Positions 10,864 to 19,500 of a stretch of 19,500 bases of DNA are shown here, piece after piece (position 1 is the first letter of the stretch; the number at the start of each line of letters is the position of its first letter). The translations under genes and the position numbers were made by a program. The notes under the pieces are model-generated. The model saw only the letters and a program-made list of their open reading frames with translations, made no database searches and was not told the origin of the DNA. Where the stretch lies: positions 44,567 through 64,066 of the forward strand of contig PS015213.1 of NCBI GenBank assembly GCA_048213135.1, given 5' to 3'. Origin of the DNA: Reclinomonas americana ATCC 50394. Taxonomy: Eukaryota.

Positions 10864-12291
10864 TCACTCGGCGGCGTTCGAGGCGGTGAGCTTGCGCCAC
10901 AGATGATCTCCACTGCGAATGGTCTCGTACTTGGCCGGGTGTTCGGCGTCGACGCACGATGGCAGACACGAGACCACCGTGTCGGGCGAGGGGCCGGTGA
11001 AGAAGACAATCGAGATGCGATCGGTGTCGCGTCCACCGGGTTGCACCGGCGGCAGCGCCACCCGGTGCGTGTTGGAGACGAAGCGGTCGTTGGTCCACAG
11101 TTGAATCAGGTCGCCGGCGTTCACGGTGAAACTGCCACGCAGTGGCGGGCAGTCGATGAATTCTCCGTCGGGCATGCGCACTTGCAGGCCGCCCGGCGCG
11201 TCGTCTTGGCGCAGAATCGTGAACCCTTGCACGCACATCCCCTCGGTGAGCACACGTGAAAACACAAATGCACTGCACGTGTACACACACCTTCGTAGTC
11301 TGTGTGCTCCCCGTACCGCAGTTGGCCAGGCAGCGCATCGGCCGGATCGATATGCGGGTAGTGTGCCAGACGCAACACGCAGCTCGGGTTCTCGGCAAAG
11401 AACGGCGCGAAAAAGTCGCGAGGCATGTCCAGTGTGCACGCCGTGAGCTCCATGAGCGAGTTCAGGAGGCGCGTCATGGCGGCCCAGTACTCTTCCACTG
11501 CGCACAGAGATCAGTGCGCGCACAGCAGAGTGGATTTATGACTCAACAAAGCACGAACTGGTTTCTGCGTATCCCGCCGGTCTCTCGGGGATCACATCGG
11601 CGGGGCGATGATGGTACAGAATGTTCTCCACGAGATCCGCCGGTCTCGGTGGCGTCGCAGTGGCCAGTCGCTGCCAACAATCAATTACTCAGTCATCATG
11701 TCATCGGTCACGAAACGGTGGCATTCATCGCACCGATCCATCTGGAGCCGTCTGCGTGGCACTCACACGCTCCACGCCCTGCGGAATGTACCCTCCGAAG
11801 CCATAGCTATTGCGCCACAGAGTCAGCAGAATGAAGGAGACGCAAGAGAAAGAGAGACTCACCCCTTGCCCAAGTTGTACCGCTGCTTCTCCTCCAGCGG
11901 CAGATCGAAAAAGTCGCGTGCAGCTCTGTACACGCGCTCCTGCAGCTCATCGCCCACCCCGTGTCCCACAATCGTGGCGAACCCGACTAGGGAGAGTCAT
12001 GGATGAATGAGTGTGCATGCAAAACAAAGATGCGAGAATCGCATGATGGACGACGCACCAGTGGAGAATGCCGCATGCCAGGCAGCGATCACTCTCTACA
12101 AACTCGTCGTCAGCAGTCAGCACAGTACGTGCTCTTCACTCACTCACTCACTTGTTTTTCCTCAGCGCTTGCTGCATCATCGATGAATGCCGAAATGTCA
12201 ATCACTGGAATGCTCTGTGTGGCACAGTCAACAACTCAACACTTACAAACGCACACAGAGAAGCACGCACCCACTTCGCCTCGCTGCTCAT
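10864..12291 (-). CDS. 2-oxoglutarate/Fe(II)-dependent dioxygenase, IPNS/DIOX family (copy B, tandem paralogue)
   Basis: 8 exons. Motifs MSSEAKW|SIPVIDISAF, VGFATIVGHGV, LRLAHYP, YGEHTDY, GGLQV, VNAGDLIQLWTNDRFVSNTHRV and RISIVFFTGP. Highly similar to copy A. Confidence 0.93.
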
Positions 12292-12383
12292 CTCAATCCT
12301 GTCACGTTCATTGTCCTGTTTCCATCTTTCTGTCGAGACAACTCGACGTTTCTTTCGTTCACACTCCCGCATCGAGAGAGAAC
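12292..12383. promoter_or_regulatory. Putative bidirectional promoter between dioxygenase B and thiL
   Basis: 92-bp pyrimidine-rich head-to-head spacer. Inferred from geometry. Confidence 0.4.
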
Positions 12384-13936
12384 ATGTCGGCATCAGCAGC
12401 TGCAGCCGCCACCTCGTCCTCCTCATGGACACCAGAGACCACGCTGCGCGAGGCTGGCGGTGAGACACTGCCTGATTACCTTCTCACCTCCTCACTGACC
12501 AATCGCGACTGCTGCAGAGCGCCCGCTGATCGAGCGCCTGCAACAGATCATTGGCGAATCTGCAGGCTGCGGAGGCATGTGGGGCTCGCCACTCGTGCCG
12601 GGACCCGACGATGTGGTGGGAATGCCGCTGGCGATGCGTTCGACGACGACTGTCTCCGTCGGAGAATCAAGTGCGCCACTTGTCGGCTCGCCACCACCGC
12701 TGCCACCGGCTCCGCTCTTTGTCAACACCGACATGCTGGTGTGGTCCACCGATGTGCCACCACTGCCTCGCGGCATGAGCTCTCGCCAGGCGGCGCGCAA
12801 GGCGATTGTCAGCGCCTGCAGTGATCTGATTGTCAAGGGCGTGCAGCCGCAGGCCTTGGTCACCTCGTTGGCGCTGCCGTCCACGATGATGGTGGCGGAC
12901 TTTGACGAGGTCTGTCGGGGACTCGTCGACGGCTGCATCGAACTGGAGGTGTGCTACCTCGGTGGTGACATTAACGAGTGCGCCTCCGACAAGATCATCT
13001 CGGTGACCGCGTGGGGTCAGGCCGAGACGTACATTCCGCGCCGCGGTGCACGCGTCGGCGATGTGATCTTCACCAGTGGCATGTACGGGCGGTGAGTGCG
13101 TGGCGGGCGGCGGCGAGATCCTCCTTTCTCACTCGTGCATGCAGCGAGAGCATCGGCTTGACCTTCATGCTGGACCGCGAACCGGACTTGGCAGTGGACG
13201 AGTTGCGCCTGCGATCGCCATTGCAGTAGAGAGGGAGGCAGATTGGGGAAGAGTGCTAACTCGAGGGGTGCATGTGTTCACAGGTCACTGGAGGAGTGCT
13301 GCGATGCCATTCGGAATCCGACGGTGGAGCGAGACATTGGGCCAGCCATGGCGCGTCTCGGCGTCGCCTCGGCATCGTGTGACACCTCCGATGGCCTGTT
13401 GCGTACGCTGAACGACATGTGTGCGGCGGCAGCGTCGCATGGCGAGGCACCACTGTCGGCGGAGCTGCGTGCCTCGGCGATTCCAGTTGCGTGATCATGC
13501 CGATTCTGTTGCTTGAGCTCCTTTGTCTCTCTCTCTCACTCACCGACACCAACGTGGCAGATCCATCCGGCCGCTCGCAAAGTACGACACGATGATCCGC
13601 GTCGCCTGCTCATCGATGCGCTGCTTGGTGGCGAAGAGGTATCAACCAATCGAGTTGTCACGTCTCGTTCCGATTTTTGTTGTCGGGCCTCTTACCGCAC
13701 CCTCCCAGTTCAATCAAGTGTTTGCCGTGCCGGCCGACCAAGTGCCACTAGTGCGCTCAACATTTGGCGATCGCCTCACGGAGATTGGCGTGTTCGTGGA
13801 CGGCGAGAAGCACGACGGGCTGCTGATTGCCGACGATGGCGAAGCAGTGTCACTCAAGCAATTCGGACTCGGCTTTGCGCACTTCACCGGCGCCGACGTG
13901 ATCGACGAGGGCACTAAAGCATATACTCAAACTTGA
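12384..13936 (+). CDS. thiL: Thiamine-monophosphate kinase (ThiL, PurM/AIRS-like superfamily), archaeal-type
   Basis: 6 exons. Motifs GERPLIERL, GPDD, NTDMLVWSTDVP..GMS..QAARKAIVSACSDLIVKGVQP, LGGDINE, PRRGARVGDVIFTSG.YG, SCDTSDGL, LGGEEF, LTEIG and GFAHF make up the full ThiL series. Confidence 0.9.
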
Positions 13937-16900
13937 AGAGACCCAGCGCCTNNNNNNNNNNNNNNNNNNNNNNNNNNNNNNNNNNNNNNNNNNNNNNNNN
14001 NNNNNNNNNNNNNNNNNNNNNNNNNNNNNNNNNNNNNNNNNNNNNNNNNNNNNNNNNNNNNNNNNNNNNNNNNNNNNNNNNNNNNNNNNNNNNNNNNNNN
14101 NNNNNNNNNNNNNNNNNNNNNNNNNNNNNNNNNNNNNNNNNNNNNNNNNNNNNNNNNNNNNNNNNNNNNNNNNNNNNNNNNNACCCTGTACGAGTCCGCC
14201 GCCGATGCCCACCAGGACTACACTCAGCGACACAATCGACCGCCCAGCAGCATGCTGCTGTGCCTCGTGGCGCTCGGTCGACAGCAGCTGGCAGAGGCCG
14301 AAGAGTTGCGTCCCCTCTCTCTCCCTCCCCCCTCCCTCCTTCTGCCTCACATGCACACAGTGACCCGTTCGGTGACTCGCATGCTCTGCGCATTTCACTG
14401 CCTCCCTTGCGCCAATCTGCACGCCGAGGCTCCACGTCTGCGCGTGGCAGTGGTGCTGGTGGTGGCAGCGGTGCGGCTGACGAACACGAAGGTCGCACAA
14501 AGTCTGCAACAGCCGGCTTCAAGTACGTGTTGTCGGATCCAGCGCNNNNNNNNNNNNNNNNNNNNNNNNNNNNNNNNNNNNNNNNNNNNNNNNNNNNNNN
14601 NNNNNNNNNNNNNNNNNNNNNNNNNNNNNNNNNNNNNNNNNNNNNNNNNNNNNNNNNNNNNNNNNNNNNNNNNNNNNNNNNNNNNNNNNNNNNNNNNNNN
14701 NNNNNNNNNNNNNNNNNNNNNNNNNNNNNNNNNNNNNNNNNNNNNNNNNNNNNNNNNNNNNNNNNNNNNNNNNNNNNNNNNNNNNNNNNNNNNNNNNNNN
14801 NNNNNNNNNNNNNNNNNNNNNNNNNNNNNNNNNNNNNNNNNNNNNNNNNNNNNNNNNNNNNNNNNNNNNNNNNNNNNNNNNNNNNNNNNNNNNNNNNNNN
14901 NNNNNNNNNNNNNNNNNNNNNNNNNNNNNNNNNNNNNNNNNNNNNNNNNNNNNNNNNNNNNNNNNNNNNNNNNNNNNNNNNNNNNNNNNNNNNNNNNNNN
15001 NNNNNNNNNNNNNNNAGGTCGCGAAACGGAGAAGCCAGAATGGAATACATTCTGCGTGGGGGCGAGGGTGGGAGAGCTGTTCTTTGAGCAGTTGTGGCGC
15101 ACACGATAACACACCTCAATGGTTCGCACATCGGCGACGAAATATAGGCGGCAGGATCGAGTGTCCTCGCCGAGACTTGCCACTTTGGCGAAGAAACGAT
15201 CACGAATGTCGCCCGAGGAGAATGAACACTGCAGCACTGGTAAGAAAAATACTTCGGGGGAAAGGCTTCCGACCACACTGCTGCAACACCTTTTGCACGT
15301 CGAGCACACTGACAGCCGGTGCATCGGACGGAGCCGCGGGATCAAAGCTGGCGCTCACGGCCACGGCGGCCATGGATGCGGTAAACTCGCGCACCGCGTC
15401 CTCCTGCTCCTTGCGCGCTCCACTGCAGGCGTGCCGAAAGAAGAGACACAGCACGTAGGCTCATTAGTTTTATTCCCTTGAGCCACTCTCAGGCGAGGCC
15501 GAGAAAGACTCACCTTGAGGAGGAAGACGAGGAGGAGGAGGCAGTGGTTGGATCGTCGGTTCTCTTCCTGTCGCGCGCAAGCGCGGATGAACGCGATGAG
15601 CTGCCGGACTTGGCGTCGGGCACCGCCGCGCCTGTTTGTACCACGGGCGCGGCCTTGCGAGCTGGGCTGCCGACCACCGGCGGTCGCGCCACGCGCTTGC
15701 TGGCATCGGCCGGTGAGCTAGCCTGCTTGCGATCGCCGGGCGAATCCACCTTGGCCGCCGACGCCTTCAGTGGACTGCCGTCGGCGCTGCTCACCGACGA
15801 GCGCCGACGCAGGGCGGACTCGGGTGGAGGCGTACTGTTGCTGTGCGAGAGCGACTTGGGCGACACCGGTGCCGACAGTGACGACGCTGGAGGTGCGCCT
15901 TCGCTTCCCAGTGGTGTCAGCAGGGGAACCACCAGTGGCGTCGGCACGCCCATGACGAGCGACGAAGTCCACGCGGCGGGTTTGACTGCAGCGGCGGCCT
16001 CCACGCGACCGGCTGTGTAACACAACAATACCCGTGAGTGAAGGCGTGACGGGCAGAGGTGGAGAACAGTCGACGCAACTGCGGCGAATCTCGTCGAGCT
16101 GCGTGCGGAGCAGCACATTGTCTCGCATCAGATGCTCGACTTGCATGTCGCTGTCGACCACCTGTATGCATGCATGCAGTGAGTATCCTCGCCTTTTTGC
16201 CTTGCCAACACCCTCACTCACCCGCTTGCGCAGATACATGATTTCGGCGCGCATGCGCTCCATCATGAACAACTGTTGTGCGTACGCATCCACTTGCTTG
16301 TCGCGCCTGTCAACCCGTCGGTGAGTGCCAACAACACCCATTGGCAAATCTTCGACAGCCGTCATGGCACACGCACCATGCCTTCATGTCGCTCCACTCA
16401 TCGTTGAGCGCCATGTAATCAAACGCCTGTGCCCCGGGTGGCAGACGAGACTGCGAGTCGGGATACGCAGTGTTCCCCATCTTGCACATGAGCAAGCTGC
16501 CGTCCCACTCGTTGCTCACACCCGCGAAGCTGCGTCGCGCAGCGAGTGAGACAGACAGACAGACACACAAAGCGAATGGCAATGGAGTGGGGAGGTGCGC
16601 ACGCACCGATGATTGAGAATGGGATCATCGTTGAAGCCGTTGCGGCGCCAAAAGTTGAGAGAGGTGACATCGGCGTACGTCATGGCCACATCGAAGCTGC
16701 CGACGACTTTCGGATCGGTGGCAATCTACCGCAACTCGCTCCGCGTCAGTCATCGCACCGACGCACACACACATACACACCGATCTGCAGACACACACGC
16801 TCACCGAGAGCAAATGGCTTCCGAGGCGAGCATACTGGTACTTGAGCCGCACACCGACAAGCGTGATTTGCAACACGCGTAACCTCGTGGTGAAGTGCGT

Positions 16901-17815
16901 CGGCCACTCCCACGACACCGCGCCCACAATGCGATGCGTCGCAGTCTGCACACCGCAAGCCCACAATGAGCCAGCGTCAAAGGCACACACACTCATCAAG
17001 ATCAACGAACCACAGCCTCCTGCGCCGTGAACTTGAGCGTTCCCTTGTCTTCCTTGTCAATCACATCTGTGCCGCACGCATAAGCATCACCGCCGCACCG
17101 CGAGCGAGAAACAAACACCGCACCATCTTCCTCCTCCTCCTCTTCCTCATCCTCCTCATCTTCCTCCTCGTCGTCGTCGTCGTCATCGTCGTCTTCTTCT
17201 TCCTCATCCTCGTCTTCCTCTTCCTCATCATCATCGCTGTCCTCATCACTGTCTTCTTCCTCTTCCTCCTCGTCGTCGTCATCATCATCATCGTCCTCCT
17301 TCCGACTCCTCTTCTTCTTCTTCAACCGCATGGCGCCCGTCGGCGACCGCTGCTGTCGATGCGCCCCTCGCCGATGCAGCGACGAAGCCGTTGCCGCGGC
17401 GGCCGCCACCAACCGCTTACTCTGCTGCCTCTCCAACGCCCCTCGCTCCGCCTTGACATCGGCCACCGAGCGCAGATACGCAATCGTCTGCATTTGCCCC
17501 CCGTCCAACATCTCCAGCACCGCCGACAGCTCCAAGTTGGGAAGCACATGATGATACAACTAACGCACGCACGCACACATGAGCGCACACAGGCATGTCT
17601 TCTCCTGCGTGCGCACGCACACTCTCACGCACCGCAGCAATGGCCTCGCGAAGCTCACTCTCAAAGGTGGGGTCGCTGCTTGCCTGTTTGTTGGGCGCCG
17701 GGTACTGGTATGCTGCCACTATGGTGCCACGCACGGACGAGGTGCTGCCTGACTGCTGCTGCTGTTGCTGCTGCTCACTCGCAGGCAGCGTGTGTCGCAG
17801 TGACGCGAGTTCCAT
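13914..17815 (-). CDS. Multidomain protein: poly-Q, basic NLS plus D/E acidic tract, GCN5-like GNAT domain, coiled coil, S/P-rich linker, C-terminal PARP/ART-like domain (part lies on an inverted contig)
   Basis: About 13 exons from ATG 17815. GNAT part: IVGAVSW..VLQITLVGVRLKYQYARLGSHLL..FDVAMTYADVTSLNFWRRNGFNDDPILN..EWDGSLLM. Coiled coil: WRDKQVDAYAQQLFMMERMRAEI. PARP-like part: VLDVQK..IRDRFF..RLYFVADVRTIENVFHSGF..TLYESAADAHQDYT..MLLCLVALG..KYVLSDPAQALGLFKFEY. Confidence 0.78.
13952..14182. other. Assembly gap (N run)
   Basis: Run of N characters. Confidence 1.
14183..14545 (+). other. Gap-flanked contig coding on the + strand; apparently the inverted internal part of the 13914-17815 minus-strand gene
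   Basis: Two + exons (14183-14304 and 14361-14545; intron GTTGCGT..CAG) encode TLYESAADAHQDYT..MLLCLVALG..KYVLSDPA. Both ends join the minus-strand flanks in frame. Confidence 0.8.
14546..15015. other. Assembly gap (N run)
   Basis: Run of N characters. Confidence 1.
17125..17300 (-). repeat. Coding trinucleotide low-complexity tract (GAG/GAC/GAA/GAT) encoding about 58 Asp/Glu-rich residues
   Basis: (TCC/TCG/TCT/TCA)n on the + strand. It translates to EDDDDDDDDEEEEEED.. right after KKKKRSRK. Confidence 0.95.
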
Positions 17816-18118
17816 GACGCAGTGAGAATGGTGGGAGGAATCAAAGGGATCCACGGTCTGCTTCAATGAACGACAAACCGCGGGCCTTACCTGTCTGCTC
17901 TTTCCTCAGTCGCGCACTCGCTACTGTCTCTTCCCTTGCCTCAGTGTGTTGTTCTTGTCCTGGAGTTGCTCCGAAACCCCCTTCCTCTGGTGAGCACACA
18001 CTCATACATGCACAGTCTCAGACAGCAGCGCGTTGTCGCTGCACACACTCACTCTCTGCCTCTGTCTCTGTGATCGCTGTGTGTGTGTCTGTGTCTGATT
18101 ACGCGCGCAGAGAGACGC

Positions 18119-19500
18119 ATGGCATCAACAGGTTCGTTGGCAATTGGTTTCATTTAAAGTGCTCACACTCTTCTCACTCACACGCTCCTTCTCTGTGCTC
18201 TCCAGCAGAGGACGATCAGCTGCTGTGCGCGCGAGAGACCGAACTGGTTTCGTCAACACACACACACGCTCTCTCTCTCCCTCTCTCCCTCACAATACAC
18301 TGATGTCTATTTTCTCGTCATCATCACAGGAGCGGCAAGTGGATGCATTAGCCGACCTGTTTGTCACCAACACCGACTTCCCCGCCACGCAAGTCGCTCT
18401 CCAGCAGTTTGCCCGACCAGTGCGTCCACTCGGCGATCCACTCTTGTCTCTCACTCACATCGGTTGGTGCAGACGGAGGGCAGCAGCGGTGGCGATGCGG
18501 GCGATGCCGAGGCCGAGTTTGCGCAGTTGTATCACGAGGGCGATGCGGTGACTGTGGGTCGCGATCATCGACTTGCCCGTGTTCTCTTTGTCGGTCACAC
18601 GCAGTTTGCGGCGGGCATGTGGCTCGGGGTGGCCACGGCGGAGCGTGATGTGTTGACCAGCAAGCGCACCCCGCACCAGCACGACGGTGAGGTGGACGGT
18701 GTGCGGTACTTTGCGTGTCCACCAGGGCACGGAGCCTTTGTGAAACCGTCGTCGGTGGCGCTTCTGTGGGCCGATGTTGCGTGTATGTGCGCCCGATCGT
18801 TTGGGGCAATGAGTCGCTGAACGACTGTGCGTGCGTGCACACAGAACTCCAAGCGCGACTTTTGGGGCCTGTACCACGCGCACGCGCGCCTTTCGCTGGC
18901 GCTGCTGCAGCGCACGGTGGCGGCATTGGGTATGTCGGACGCCGATGGATCTCATGTGCGCGAAGGCTGGCGGCGCGAGATGAGATTTCGTGTGCGTGAG
19001 TTGACATCGTTGTTGGAGTTTGCCGCCGACCTCATCAGCATCGGCGAGCTGGAGGCACTCACGCACCTGCTGGAGCCGTTTGTGCCCGCTGCCATGAGTG
19101 CCAAGTGTGCCGAGGCCCTGGAGAAGCGCGAGGAGCTGAACGAGGCTGTGATTGACATTGCGGCGACACATGCACAATTGTCGTCGCCAACTCGCTTCGT
19201 CAACAAGGTACGCGTGCACCGACGCCATGCATGCCAGTTGTGGATGTCCTTCCATTCACACACGTGCGTGTTGCGTCGTCTGCAGTTCGACTCCGAGTTT
19301 GACACGATGCGCCTGCTGTACGCCGAGCGCGGAATTGTGCGACACGAGCAGTACCTCGCGCCGCCGCTGAGCAGCAGCCGATCGTCACTCTCTCCCCCGA
19401 CCTCCAAGGATGGATCGCCGATCGCGTCAACTCCAGGCTCTCCGCGACGGACTGCGGCCGCAGCAGCTGCGGTAAGTGTGTTTCCATTTCTCTCTCTCTC
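18119..19500 (+). CDS. CAP-Gly domain protein (microtubule-associated), 3'-truncated by window edge
   Basis: The spliced product is MASTAEDDQLL..RQVDALADLF..GDAVTVG..ARVLFVGHTQFAAGMWLGV..HQHDGEVDGVRYFACPPGHGAFVKPSSV, a classic CAP-Gly. Helical and S/P-rich segments follow. The last visible donor is GTAAGT at ~19472. Confidence 0.85.

Noticed and set aside
13639-13708. thiL intron starting GTATCA as a possible U12-type intron
   Set aside because: It lacks the GTATCCTT donor and TCCTTAAC branch consensus, so it is treated as an ordinary U2 intron.
5683-13936. Bacterial contamination or operon-like HGT island (cyanophycinase, dioxygenases, thiL)
   Set aside because: All genes carry host-style introns, orientations are mixed, and there is no integrase, terminal repeat or compositional break. 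No shared pathway is evident.
13933-15345. Long ORFs in the track spanning the N runs
   Set aside because: They are artefacts of translating N as X. Only the reconstructed spliced gene is supported.
16966-17817. + strand 283-aa ORF with a long hydrophobic, TM-like stretch
   Set aside because: It is the antisense shadow of the D/E acidic tract of the minus-strand gene.
17830-18110. Extra upstream coding exons for the GNAT/PARP-like gene (splice-like signals at ~17890 and ~17987)
   Set aside because: The joins I tried hit in-frame stops before MELASL. At most these are 5' UTR exons.

Overview
This is a very gene-dense, intron-rich eukaryotic region, about 60% GC, with roughly 70 short (about 55-90 nt) GT-AG introns and often under 100 bp between genes. 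It resembles a heterotrophic protist, possibly amoeboid; the taxon cannot be fixed from the sequence. Manual splicing gives 11 genes: PIG-L (-, partial), a secreted Cys-rich ependymin-like protein (-), PrimPol (+), a SPO16/SCRE (C1orf146)-like meiotic protein (-), a secreted or anchored cyanophycinase (-), an unknown protein (+), two tandem IPNS-family 2OG-Fe(II) dioxygenases (-), an archaeal-type thiamine-monophosphate kinase ThiL (+), a GCN5-like GNAT/coiled-coil/pseudo-PARP fusion protein (-), and a CAP-Gly protein (+, partial). Four points stand out. (1) A recurrent atypical 5' splice-site class, GTTGCG(T/C) and GTTNCG, looks like the normal donor shifted by one base. (2) The GNAT/pseudo-PARP gene only reads through if the 363-bp contig between the two N-gaps is inverted, and it then joins in frame at both ends. 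(3) Prokaryote-type ThiL and cyanophycinase genes carry spliceosomal introns. (4) A probable SPO16 homologue is present. All family calls come from motif recall, not database searches.
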